Source: Candidatus Woesearchaeota archaeon | Lineage (GTDB): Archaea > Nanobdellota > Nanobdellia > Woesearchaeales > JAZDKJ01 | Length of the DNA: 64,000 bases | Direction: 5' to 3' | Assembly (NCBI GenBank): GCA_043803105.1 | Contig: JAZDKJ010000006.1 | Coordinates: 288,001 to 352,000 of the forward strand | Shown here: one piece after another, positions 20,260 through 29,418 of the stretch | Layout: the number at the start of each line of letters is the position of its first letter | How positions within the stretch are numbered: position 1 is the first letter of the stretch | The notes under the pieces: model-generated | The model's database searches: none | The model's input: only the letters and a program-made list of their open reading frames with translations | What the model was told of the DNA's origin: nothing | Made by a program: the position numbers and the translations under genes

Positions 20260-21525
20260 TTAGGCCTTTATTGCCTTGACACAATCGTCTATTCCAAGAA
20301 GTTTTTCTTCTCCGCTCTGCATGTTCTTTAGCTTTACCTTTTTCTCCCTTAGCTCTTCCTCTCCGATTATTGCAACAAAAGGAATTCCTAGCGAGTTTGC
20401 ATACTGAAGGTTCTTGCTCGGTCCTCTGCCTGAAAGGTCTACATCTGTCCTTATGCCATTTGCACGCAACTGTTCAGCTATCTTCAGGCTTTGTGCAAAA
20501 GTCTTTATCGGGATTACATAGACCTGTGCTACTGTTTTTGCCCCTGCCTTATTCATCTCTGTATAAGCATCATGTATCCTGTCGAGTCCAAAGGAGATGC
20601 CCACTGCAGGATAGTCTCCCTTGCCAAGGAATTCCCCTATCATCTTGTCATATCTTCCGCCTGCGCAGACTGAGCTTTCTATCTTGGATTTTTTCATGAA
20701 TATCTCGATTACTGTTCCTGTGTAATATGATAGTCCTCTGGCAAGTGCTGCCTCAAACTCTGCCTCAACCCCAATTATCTTTAGATAATTCAGTAGGTCT
20801 TCTAACTCCTTTATTCCGTCTGATTGCACTATCCCCTTGAAGTAGGCTATTTTCTCTTCATTTGTGCCCTTGTAGCTCACAGAGTATAGAAGCTCGTCTA
20901 TCTGATCTTCACTTACCCCTTTGTCTTCCAGCTCTTTCTTGACCCCTGCTACTCCGATTTTTGCCAGTTTGTCAACGCTAAGTATCACTTCCTCATGCTT
21001 TTTGATCTTGAATTTGGTCAGTATGTCGTTGAGTAGCTTCCTGTTGTTTATCTTTATCTTAATCTCAAGCCCCAGAGCATCAAACACTTTTTCTGCAAGC
21101 GATAATAGTTCAGCCTCTGCAGTCACTTCCTTGCATCCTGCGATATCCACGTCGCATTGCGTGAATTGCCTGTATCTGCCAAGCCCCATTGGACCGTCCC
21201 TGAACACCTCTCCCACATGGTATCTCTTGAAAGGCATTTTCAGTTGAGGGTTCATTCCGATGATTCTTGCGAAAGGAACAGTGAGGTCATACCTTAATGC
21301 CAGCTCTCTTCCTCCCTGGTCAGCCAATTTGAAAGTCTCTTTTAGTATCTCTGCCCCTCCAGCATATTTCGACGCCATTACATCAAACCTTTCGAGTACA
21401 GGGGTCTCCAGCGGTGGATAGCCATACAGTTCAAACACTGCCTTTAGTCTGCCCACTATCTCTTGCCTTACAATCTGCTCTTCAGGCAGAAAGTCCCTTG
21501 TTCCCTTTGATCTCTCGAGCTGCAT
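20260..21525 (-). CDS. hisS: Histidyl-tRNA synthetase
   Basis: KGTRDF, LRYDLTVP, RYRQFTQ, RGLSYYTG, GGRYD. Confidence 0.97.
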   Translation of the reverse strand: MQLERSKGTRDFLPEEQIVRQEIVGRLKAVFELYGYPPLETPVLERFDVMASKYAGGAEILKETFKLADQGGRELALRYDLTVPFARIIGMNPQLKMPFKRYHVGEVFRDGPMGLGRYRQFTQCDVDIAGCKEVTAEAELLSLAEKVFDALGLEIKIKINNRKLLNDILTKFKIKKHEEVILSVDKLAKIGVAGVKKELEDKGVSEDQIDELLYSVSYKGTNEEKIAYFKGIVQSDGIKELEDLLNYLKIIGVEAEFEAALARGLSYYTGTVIEIFMKKSKIESSVCAGGRYDKMIGEFLGKGDYPAVGISFGLDRIHDAYTEMNKAGAKTVAQVYVIPIKTFAQSLKIAEQLRANGIRTDVDLSGRGPSKNLQYANSLGIPFVAIIGEEELREKKVKLKNMQSGEEKLLGIDDCVKAIKA

Positions 21526-21677
21526 AGACTAACAATTGCGTCCTGATAGTTTATATAATTTGCTATTGGCAGTGCAAAAACAAAAATTTTATAAGCGAGC
21601 CTAAAAAAACGCTGTCTCTGGCCTTTTAAACCCTGGGAAGGGGTTTTCGAGCGAAAATAATTTGATACGAGGTGAAA

Positions 21678-22040
21678 ATGAAAGGGGACGGAATTCATCT
21701 GAATCTAGGTAAGTGTAAAATCAACATCGCTGATAATCCTGCACAGCTAAAAAAAGTTATTAACCATCTTGTGAAGCTTACTGGCTTGAAAAAACTCGGC
21801 CGGGGCGATGTGCAGGTCGGTGCGTCATACCTTCCTGGAGCGAGTGTCTGCCAAATCATCGAGACTTCTCATATCGCAATTCATGGTTTTTCGATCAACA
21901 GCTGCTATGATGTTACGATCGTAAGCTGCGCACCTTTTAGCTCAAGAAAGGTGATTTCATATCTGCGCAAAACCTTAAAACCAACGAGCATGAGAAGCCA
22001 GCTCTTCAAAGTGGACACGATTTATCGTGTCACAAAGTAA
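21678..22040 (+). CDS. S-adenosylmethionine decarboxylase family (pyruvoyl) protein
   Basis: IIETSHIAIH self-cleavage-like motif, SCAPF; GAGGTG RBS. Confidence 0.7.
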   Translation: MKGDGIHLNLGKCKINIADNPAQLKKVINHLVKLTGLKKLGRGDVQVGASYLPGASVCQIIETSHIAIHGFSINSCYDVTIVSCAPFSSRKVISYLRKTLKPTSMRSQLFKVDTIYRVTK

Positions 22041-22042
22041 CC

Positions 22043-22645
22043 CTATTTTTTGTGCTTATACCTTCCCCTTTTCTCTACTATCTCAAGCCTCTTAAGGATC
22101 TCTGCTGATTGTTTTGCGTCTTTCTCATACGCCTTGAGTGCAGCATTAAAGCATTCATTGCAGATGGTGTAATGCTTTGATTCTAGCGCCTGCTTGAACA
22201 AATGCAGGTCCACTGCCTTGTCTTCAACCTTTTCAGAAAAAAAGCTTAGCCCAAAATCGATGAAGTAGACCTCTGTGTGCATTATCATGTTGCTCGTTGT
22301 CAGGTCTCCGTGGATTATTCCATTGTTGTGCACTATGGCAATTTTTCTGCCTATCTCTTGGCTTATCTTATGATAGTCTGATTTCTCAAGTAGATCCCTT
22401 ACCTTCTCCCCAGGAATATACTCCATGACCAAAGTCTGCTTCTCATCATTATTTATGAGTTTTGGGCTTGGAAAGCCTATCCTCTGCAGCCGTCCTATGA
22501 CCTTGGCTTCTCTGTTTGTCCGAAATCTCCTCAGCCTGTTGTCTATTTCCTGGATCCTATAACCTTTCTTGACTCTCTCCTTGACAACATCCTTATCATG
22601 ATAGATGATTGCCTCTGCTCCCCTGCCTATGATTTTTCTGGCCAT
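22043..22645 (-). CDS. bud32: KEOPS kinase Bud32
   Basis: GRGAEA, HGDLTTSNM, IDFGL, EDKAVDL, RGRY. Confidence 0.95.
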   Translation of the reverse strand: MARKIIGRGAEAIIYHDKDVVKERVKKGYRIQEIDNRLRRFRTNREAKVIGRLQRIGFPSPKLINNDEKQTLVMEYIPGEKVRDLLEKSDYHKISQEIGRKIAIVHNNGIIHGDLTTSNMIMHTEVYFIDFGLSFFSEKVEDKAVDLHLFKQALESKHYTICNECFNAALKAYEKDAKQSAEILKRLEIVEKRGRYKHKK

Positions 22646-22813
22646 GTCCTGCACAACCTTCGAAAGATTATATAAATTTTTGTAGCTTTTTCGGCTATAA
22701 AACTAAAGGTTTAAAAAGGGTGCGTAATCTCTTCTTATAGAACATATAAGAGAATGTAACTAGTTCTTTTGTGTGTTGGATAAATAAGTAACAAACGAAT
22801 TAGGTGAATGAAT

Positions 22814-22969
22814 ATGGCCTTTGGGCAAAGACGAGATTTTGGCGGAGAGAGAAAGATGTTTAAGGTGACCTGTGCTGATTGCGGCAATGAAACAGAAGTC
22901 CCCTTCAAACCGGACGGCACCCGCCCAGTATATTGCAGAGACTGCTACATGAAGCGAAAGAAAGTTTAA
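22814..22969 (+). CDS. CxxC-x17-CxxC zinc-ribbon protein (below ORF-track cutoff)
   Basis: MAFGQRR...CADCGNETEVPFKPDGTRPVYCRDC; AGGTGA RBS. Confidence 0.9.
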   Translation: MAFGQRRDFGGERKMFKVTCADCGNETEVPFKPDGTRPVYCRDCYMKRKKV

Positions 22970-23033
22970 ATTCTTTTATTTTCTTTTTTTATCGCCGAAA
23001 CATTTTTATAGTAGTAAAACTGGACTTTGAGCA

Positions 23034-23354
23034 GTGATTTGCTTGGCAGAAACCTTACAACTTGGCGGCAACATTGAATTGACCGGTTTTTCTGAGGTTG
23101 ATCCTGCTACTTTGGTGGTCTTGAAGAAGATTGTTGGCAACCATGCCAAGAGGTTCTCGACTGTTGCCAAGGACTTTGAGAAGCTTCACATCACTCTAAA
23201 GAACGTGCACAAGCAGGAGGATTCCCAGAAGTATGAGCTTCACGCAAAGCTTGACGCCGGAGGCAAGAGCTATGTTGCAGAGATTACTGACCTTAACCTT
23301 TTCTTCGTGCTTGACAAGGTCTTGAAAAAGATTGAGAACGAGATTTCTAAATAG
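23034..23354 (+). CDS. Conserved protein, possible HPF/RaiA-like fold
   Basis: beta-alpha-beta3-alpha pattern: LHITLK..KYELHAKL..D.NLFFVLDKVLKKIENEI. Confidence 0.55.
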   Translation: MICLAETLQLGGNIELTGFSEVDPATLVVLKKIVGNHAKRFSTVAKDFEKLHITLKNVHKQEDSQKYELHAKLDAGGKSYVAEITDLNLFFVLDKVLKKIENEISK

Positions 23355-23882
23355 TTAGTACCCGCTAAATTCTTTTAGTTCGTCCTGCCATCTTTCGCCA
23401 ATTCTCCAAAGGTTCTGGACAACATCTTTGGCTTCAATTGTAGGCTGGACAAAATAATTGTTTGCATGGTCCTTTCTTAAAAATAAACCGAACTGGTAAT
23501 AACTACAGTCTGGTACGGTTCTGCCTGTGTAGGTTGCTGTTGGTTGTACCAAGAGCTTCAGCTCAAGGGAGTGATCCAAAGCATCTGCAAACGCTTGATT
23601 CAATGTTTTGAAAATGTTCTCAAGGTTCAAGGTTTTCACTCGCCCTAAGTTTGCTGCCAGGGTTTTTTGCAGGGGCAGATAATCCGTGACGATGGAATTC
23701 AGGACTATGTTTTGTGGTCCATGTTGCCTGCCAAGCCTGCGAAAGTACTCTTCCGGAGTTGACCTAAGTCTACTTGAAGGAAGTGTTAGCTTTTTTTCAC
23801 CTAAAAGTATTGCTTCTGGTGGTGACTGCTTCTCCCTTAGGTGTCTTGGCCGCTGTATGTGATGGCCCTTCTTGTATGGCAT
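23355..23882 (-). CDS. Hypothetical protein
   Basis: 175-aa ORF, TATA upstream. Confidence 0.55.
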   Translation of the reverse strand: MPYKKGHHIQRPRHLREKQSPPEAILLGEKKLTLPSSRLRSTPEEYFRRLGRQHGPQNIVLNSIVTDYLPLQKTLAANLGRVKTLNLENIFKTLNQAFADALDHSLELKLLVQPTATYTGRTVPDCSYYQFGLFLRKDHANNYFVQPTIEAKDVVQNLWRIGERWQDELKEFSGY

Positions 23883-23956
23883 AAGACTTGTTGTTCATAC
23901 AGAACTTATAAAGCTTTTTGGCTAATTTTATATACTAGGAAAGCTTGTTTGTTCTC

Positions 23957-24721
23957 ATGAAACTCGACCATGTCCTTCTGGTGCATAGCATTCAGGGCTG
24001 CAAGACAACTGCCCTGGTTGAGGATGTGCTTGACAGCCATGACATTGGCCACACAGTGATTCATCGGTCTCGATTAGCTCAAAGGTTCTTCAAAGGCAAT
24101 GACCTTGTTATTGTTGTTGGCGGTGACGGCACTCTCCTGCGCACATCCCACTTTGTCAAGGACAAAACCCCTGTTCTTGGCGTAAACTGCAATGTTAAGG
24201 TAAATGAAGGATTTTTCATGCGGGCAAACAGGGACAATTTTGCGGGCAGGCTTCTTCGTATTCTGAAGGGAAAAAACCGCCTCTTGAAACTGCATCGGCT
24301 TGAAGTCACCCTCAATAATAAGCTGCTTCCAGAGCTTGCCTTGAATGATGTTTTTCTTGGAGACCACAAATCCTATCATGTTGCAAGGTACTGGCTCGAT
24401 AACGAGTACCAGAAGAGCAGTGGCGTAATTGTTTCGACAGCAGCAGGAAGTTATAGCTGGTACAAGTCAGCAGGTGGCAAGCCTCTTGCGCTTGGCTCGT
24501 CAAAATTTGCATTCAAGGTAAGAGAACCTTACACCGGCCGGCTCTTTCGCCCAAGAAAACTGTCTGGTATCCTCAATCCAGGCCAAAGGCTTACTGTCAG
24601 GTCAGATATATTTGACGGGCTCATAGTCTTTGACAGCGTGAGCCAGGAATACAAGTTCTGCTGCAGCGATACTGCTGTTATTAAGTTGTCTAAAAAGCCT
24701 CTTTTGCTCGTAGAATTCTAG
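23957..24721 (+). CDS. nadK: NAD kinase
   Basis: GGDGTLL, ALND, SSGVIVSTAAGS. Confidence 0.92.
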   Translation: MKLDHVLLVHSIQGCKTTALVEDVLDSHDIGHTVIHRSRLAQRFFKGNDLVIVVGGDGTLLRTSHFVKDKTPVLGVNCNVKVNEGFFMRANRDNFAGRLLRILKGKNRLLKLHRLEVTLNNKLLPELALNDVFLGDHKSYHVARYWLDNEYQKSSGVIVSTAAGSYSWYKSAGGKPLALGSSKFAFKVREPYTGRLFRPRKLSGILNPGQRLTVRSDIFDGLIVFDSVSQEYKFCCSDTAVIKLSKKPLLLVEF

Positions 24722-26163
24722 CTGTTTAAACCAAGGCTCTCAATGACTATGCTCGGGTCAAATTTCTTTAAGTCTTGATATTCTTGTCCTGTGCCAATAT
24801 ATAGTATTGGCTTGTTTGTGACGTAAGAGATGGATATTGCAGCCCCGCCCTTTTCGTCTATGTCTGCCTTTGAGAGGATGATACCGTCAAGGTGTACTGC
24901 CTCGTTGAACATCCTCGCCTGCTCTACGCAGTCATTGCCTGTGATTGACTCACCGACAAATATTACCATGTCAGGCTTTGCAACCCTCACTACCTTTTTC
25001 ATCTCGTCCATCAGGTTTGCGTTTGAGTGCAGCCTTCCCGCAGTGTCAATGAGAACTACATCCTTGTTCTTCGACTCTGCATGTTTTATCGCGTCAAACG
25101 CAACAGCTGCTGCGTCGCTCCCATAATCATGTTTTATCAGCCTTACGCCAAGCTTGTCTGCATGTACTTCAAGCTGGTCGATTGCCGCTGCCCGAAATGT
25201 GTCTGCTGCTGCAATCACTACTGACAAGCTGTGCTGCTTGAACAGGTATGCGACCTTTGCTATTGTTGTTGTCTTCCCAGAGCCGTTTACTCCGACAAAG
25301 CATATCACATAAGGTTTCTTCTTTTTTGCAGACTCTACTAGGTCTGTGGGTTTGAATTCCTTGAATAGGTCTTCCACAGACCGGGTTAGCGATTTTGTGA
25401 TTGTATCTTCTATGGAGCCACGCCGTATTGGTTTGTCCACTATCTGTCCCTTTAGGTCTTGCTTCATTTTGTCAATGACCTCAACTGCCACATTGTTCTC
25501 CAGGAGCACAACCTCGAGGTCCCAGAACATCTCGTTGAATTTGTCTTCAGTTATGCTTACTGTCTGGACTTTTTCCTTGAGTTTCTGAAAAATCCCCTTG
25601 GCCTCTTCAGCCTTTGGCTCTTCTTCTTTTGTTTCTTGCTTTGTGAATCTCTCCTTGATTTTCTGAAAGAATCCGGTTTTTTCTTCGGTTGCAGGTTCTT
25701 TTGTCAGAGCGACTTTTTCTTCCTCCCATTTTACTTCTGCTTTTTTCACTTCTTTTAGAGGTTCTGCTTTTTGTTCTTCTTTGATGTGTTCTGCTTTTTT
25801 TTCTCGTTTAGCAGGCCCTCTTTCTTCCGTGACAGGTGCAGCCTTTTTTTCTGCTTGGATAGGATCTCTCTTGATTGGCTCAACTTTTTTTTCTTCTTTG
25901 ACAGGCTCTACCCTTTTCTCTTCCTGTGGTTTCTTAGGTTCTTCGAGCTTCTTTTGGATTGGTGGAGCGCTTTCTGCCTGCTTTTTTATTTGCTCTGGTT
26001 TCTGTTCCTCTTTCTTATGCCCCTCTGGTTTGTGCTCGGGTTTTTTTGCTGGTTCAACCTTCTTCAATGGTTCTTCCTGAGGCTCCTCCTCTGCAGTCTT
26101 TTCTGCTTTCTGCGAGAAGATTGAAATAGCCGACTTTAGCTTCTCCTTCAAGAACTTGAACAT
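24718..26163 (-). CDS. ftsY: SRP receptor FtsY with long E/K-rich N-terminus
   Basis: GVNGSGKTTT, DTFRAAA, DTAGR, SKADIDEKGG. Confidence 0.96.
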   Translation of the reverse strand: MFKFLKEKLKSAISIFSQKAEKTAEEEPQEEPLKKVEPAKKPEHKPEGHKKEEQKPEQIKKQAESAPPIQKKLEEPKKPQEEKRVEPVKEEKKVEPIKRDPIQAEKKAAPVTEERGPAKREKKAEHIKEEQKAEPLKEVKKAEVKWEEEKVALTKEPATEEKTGFFQKIKERFTKQETKEEEPKAEEAKGIFQKLKEKVQTVSITEDKFNEMFWDLEVVLLENNVAVEVIDKMKQDLKGQIVDKPIRRGSIEDTITKSLTRSVEDLFKEFKPTDLVESAKKKKPYVICFVGVNGSGKTTTIAKVAYLFKQHSLSVVIAAADTFRAAAIDQLEVHADKLGVRLIKHDYGSDAAAVAFDAIKHAESKNKDVVLIDTAGRLHSNANLMDEMKKVVRVAKPDMVIFVGESITGNDCVEQARMFNEAVHLDGIILSKADIDEKGGAAISISYVTNKPILYIGTGQEYQDLKKFDPSIVIESLGLNS

Positions 26164-26165
26164 TC

Positions 26166-26573
26166 CTATTCACCAGATTCAGTTATTTCCCTTTCCAATC
26201 CTTGCATCTGGCTTTCTATCTTTTGTACCACTTCGATTATCGCTTGGTGCATCCTCTGCACTTCAATGAGCTGTTTTGAGAGCATTTCTTGTGTGGAGTC
26301 CACTGTTTTTGAAACTGCTGTTCCCGCCCCAACATTGACTATGAGCTCTCCTGGCTTTTGGATTTTTGCTTTGGCAAAAATCCCGCTACTCACCGGAACC
26401 AGAATCTCTGTGCCTTCCTTGACTTTCTTTAACTCCTCAAGCCCTTGCTGGGTGTATATGATTTCCACCACCTGGTCCTCCAGCGCTTGCAGTTGCTTTT
26501 GCGTCTGCTTCATTTGCTGGTCAAGCATCTGGAATTCCATGTATTTTTGCTGCAGTTCTTCCTGTTTAACCAT
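26166..26573 (-). CDS. pfdA: Prefoldin alpha subunit
   Basis: EILVPVSSG, IVNVGAG hairpins between coiled coils. Confidence 0.9.
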   Translation of the reverse strand: MVKQEELQQKYMEFQMLDQQMKQTQKQLQALEDQVVEIIYTQQGLEELKKVKEGTEILVPVSSGIFAKAKIQKPGELIVNVGAGTAVSKTVDSTQEMLSKQLIEVQRMHQAIIEVVQKIESQMQGLEREITESGE

Positions 26574-26615
26574 CCTCTTGAGAAACCGCTCTTTCTTTAA
26601 AAATGTTTGCGATGG

Positions 26616-27356
26616 CTATGAGAGTTCCCTGTCTACCTCTTTTCTCGCAAGAATTATCTCGATGTCTCCGAAATGCTCTTTTTGCCACAGGTCGATTTTC
26701 CTTTGGTTTGACAGGTGGAGCAATGGTATGAAAGTGTGCACCTTGTCTTTTTTTGCTTCAGAAGGTACCAACTCAGAGAACGTCACGACCTTATGCCCTG
26801 TTGAGAACATTACCATTATTTGGTTGTACACCTTCCTTATGACTACGCTGATGTCCATCTTCTTCTCGGGTGCTTCCATCTGGAGGGCTGGGATGTCTCG
26901 CATGATTCTCCTGCGCTTCACCTCGAGTGCTTGCTCAAGAGCTCCTATAAGATCATATACCGAGACCTTTCTCTTTCTTGGTTGAGGTGTCCTGGGGATT
27001 AGCCCCGGTGCCATTAGGTCCTCTTTCCTCAACATGTTGTTCTCTAATTCGTCATAGAATTGATCCTGGTCAATGTCATCAGTTGGGTAGAGCAGCCTGT
27101 CAAGCTCAAGCATGTCGTCTCCGACCAATCGGGTTGATTTGATTCTAAGAAGTATTGCAGCTGCGAGGAGCACCTTGCCAGAAACCCGAAAGTCCATCTG
27201 CTGCAGTCCCTTCACTATTCCGATGTACTTATGCGTGAGCTCTGTTATGTTGATGTCCCATGGGTCCATCTGCTCTGTTCGCACGAGGTCGTAGATGATG
27301 GTCTGCCAGGTGATGTCATCCTGTTCGAACAGCAATTGGAATATTTTCTCCTGCAT
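26616..27356 (-). CDS. scpA: Segregation/condensation protein A (kleisin)
   Basis: MDPWDINI, SGKVLLAAAILLRIKS, FIPLLHL...QKEHFGDI. Confidence 0.92.
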   Translation of the reverse strand: MQEKIFQLLFEQDDITWQTIIYDLVRTEQMDPWDINITELTHKYIGIVKGLQQMDFRVSGKVLLAAAILLRIKSTRLVGDDMLELDRLLYPTDDIDQDQFYDELENNMLRKEDLMAPGLIPRTPQPRKRKVSVYDLIGALEQALEVKRRRIMRDIPALQMEAPEKKMDISVVIRKVYNQIMVMFSTGHKVVTFSELVPSEAKKDKVHTFIPLLHLSNQRKIDLWQKEHFGDIEIILARKEVDRELS

Positions 27357-27399
27357 CCTGGTTCTTTTGTTTGAGAAATAGTATTTAAACCTATTGCTG

Positions 27400-28035
27400 C
27401 TACAGGTACTTGTCTACCTCGGAAAGATTGGTTATCTTGTGGTCGTAGGTTCTTGTATTTTTCCGGTCGATTAGAACAGGCTTTATGCCAGCCTTTTCAG
27501 CTCCTAGTATGTCGCTCTGCATGCTATCCCCTACCATTATCACCTCATCCTTCTTGACATGCAGCTTCCTTAGCACATATCCGAACATCTTTGGGTCTGT
27601 CTTCAGGAATCCTATTTCATAGGAGCATGCTATCACGTCAAAGAATTTTCGCATGTCAAATTTCTCAAGCACTGGTTCCACTGAGAAAGGGTCTGTGTTT
27701 GAAATAATCGCCAGCTTGTGGTTTTTTTTCAGCCTTTCGAGCGTCTGTATTGTTTCCGGGAATGGCTTGGCAAGGAGCATGTTCTTGTTCCACATGCCTA
27801 TAACCCTCTCGACATCGTAGGGTTTTGGCTGGATTTGGAATTCCTTGCAAACCTCTTCAAATGCTTCATTTAGGTTGGCGTACTTCTTTATCATGAATGC
27901 TGTCTCGAATTTTGTGACAAACTCATGGAAGGGCATGTTTATCCTCAGAATGTATTGGACCTGCTTAATTGGCGACGGGAACACCCCTGATTCAAGCAAT
28001 GTTCCCCACGAGTCAAATAATACTGCCTTTATCAT
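27400..28035 (-). CDS. HAD family hydrolase
   Basis: FDSWGTL, ISN, K.DP, VGDSMQSD. Confidence 0.9.
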   Translation of the reverse strand: MIKAVLFDSWGTLLESGVFPSPIKQVQYILRINMPFHEFVTKFETAFMIKKYANLNEAFEEVCKEFQIQPKPYDVERVIGMWNKNMLLAKPFPETIQTLERLKKNHKLAIISNTDPFSVEPVLEKFDMRKFFDVIACSYEIGFLKTDPKMFGYVLRKLHVKKDEVIMVGDSMQSDILGAEKAGIKPVLIDRKNTRTYDHKITNLSEVDKYL

Positions 28036-28514
28036 AATTTAATCACTTCCACTTTGTCTTTTATTGTATCTAGCACCATTATAGTTTCAGATCCGCCATA
28101 ATAGTGCGCCCCAGGGTTTAGCAGCCTTGTTTTTCCCAACATTTCATCAGTCAGGAGGTGCGTATGCCCGCTCAAAACATATCGGTATTTGCCTGAGCTA
28201 ATAAACTTATCCAGTTTTTGCTTGTCTGTTCCGTGGTAGATGAAGAGTTTCTTTCCGTCGAGGATTATCTCTGCCTGCTCGCCAAGGTACTCTCCGCCGA
28301 TTTCTGCGAGTTTTGTCTTGAATGCCTCGATGTCCCGATCGCAGTTGCCTCTCACCATCTTGAGCACTATGCCATTGAAGAACTCTATGGTCTTCGGTGC
28401 AACAATGTCTCCGCAATGCAAGACAAGGCTTACATCCCTTTTTTGAAAAGCCTTTACAGCAAACAAAATATTCTCGACATTGTCGTGCGTGTCAGATATG
28501 ATTCCTATTTTCAT
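28032..28514 (-). CDS. YfcE-like metallophosphoesterase
   Basis: SDTHDN, HCGD, GNCD, GHTH, NPG. Confidence 0.92.
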   Translation of the reverse strand: MKIGIISDTHDNVENILFAVKAFQKRDVSLVLHCGDIVAPKTIEFFNGIVLKMVRGNCDRDIEAFKTKLAEIGGEYLGEQAEIILDGKKLFIYHGTDKQKLDKFISSGKYRYVLSGHTHLLTDEMLGKTRLLNPGAHYYGGSETIMVLDTIKDKVEVIKL

Positions 28515-28520
28515 CGTAAG

Positions 28521-28646
28521 TGGACCGGCCGGGATTTGAATTTCCGCTCGAGAGCATGTTGCTCTAGAGTCCCGGAGCCTCCGCATAGCCAATGCGGCGT
28601 TCTATTCCCTAACAGTGCACCTGTCACCAGGTTGAACCACCGGCCC
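28521..28646 (-). tRNA. tRNA-Ala(GGC) with a 22-nt D-loop intron and a 30-nt intron at 53/54
   Basis: GGGCCGG/CCGGTCC (G3:U70); CCGCA-TTGGCTA-TGCGG; BHB TCCG/CGGA; 74-nt mature. Confidence 0.92.
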
Positions 28647-28742
28647 ACAAAGTTTTTGGTTTGTCTTGGTCAGACGAATATTTACTTTCATTCGGCTGAG
28701 GGACTTTATGTCCCGCGATGGTGCGAGCTTACTTTGAAGCTC

Positions 28743-28760
28743 GGTTGAACCACCGGCCCA
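28743..28760 (-). repeat. 18-bp duplicate of the tRNA-Ala(GGC) 5' end
   Basis: GGTTGAACCACCGGCCCA identical at 28630-28647. Confidence 0.85.
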
Positions 28761-28818
28761 ATTTAAAAAGCGAAGAAATAGTTACTATTAAAAGCTTTTC
28801 ATCCAAGAATTAGGTTAT

Positions 28819-29034
28819 CTATCCTTTCGCAGCCAGCCTTATGTCCTCATCGTTGACTGTTTTCCTGCCAGAATGTTTTGCTATCTTTGCTGCCTGGGTC
28901 GCTATCTTCTCTGTCCTTTCCTGCAGGATCTCTGAAAAGATCTCCACTGATCCTGCGCTAACCCTTTTTGCACCGGCGTTCATTAGAATTCTTGCAAGCG
29001 GTGCTTTTGGAATTACATTCGGTCTCTTTGCCAT
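28819..29034 (-). CDS. Archaeal histone (HMf family)
   Basis: IPKAPLARIL..GAKRVS...AKHSGRKTVNDEDI. Confidence 0.95.
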   Translation of the reverse strand: MAKRPNVIPKAPLARILMNAGAKRVSAGSVEIFSEILQERTEKIATQAAKIAKHSGRKTVNDEDIRLAAKG

Positions 29035-29277
29035 CTAACCCATCTCCACACCCTGGAGAAAAAATCCCTTTAGTCTTTAGTCTTGACGCTAATCCCCGTG
29101 TTGCTTATATTTAAACGTTTCGGTTACGCCTGTCGAGGATTCGTCGTATTGAAAATTGTTTTGTTTGGCTGCTTCACCTGTATCATATTCTGGAACCTTG
29201 CGTAAATATTTTAACTACTATATAGTAACTATAAAATCGAAAAGCTTATATAATAGTATTTATTACTACTAAGTAGT

Positions 29278-29418
29278 ATGAAACACAAACTAAGCATTTC
29301 AGTCGATTCAGAGACTGTTGACTTGATACATAAGCTCATTGCCGAGGGTAGGTTCAGGAACATTAGTCACGCATTGGAATACGCAGTTAACCATATGCTT
29401 CTGGAGGCACCTAAATGA
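29278..29418 (+). CDS. Ribbon-helix-helix DNA-binding protein (46 aa), coupled to SLT gene
   Basis: MKHKLSISVD...GRFRNISHALEYAV; ATGA overlap. Confidence 0.8.
   Translation: MKHKLSISVDSETVDLIHKLIAEGRFRNISHALEYAVNHMLLEAPK

Noticed and set aside
25600-26110. E/K/P-rich repeats in FtsY as a tandem-repeat element
   Set aside because: Ordinary low-complexity FtsY N-terminal region
28515-28592. N-terminal extension of the metallophosphoesterase
   Set aside because: Overlaps tRNA-Ala(GGC); family starts at MKIGIISD
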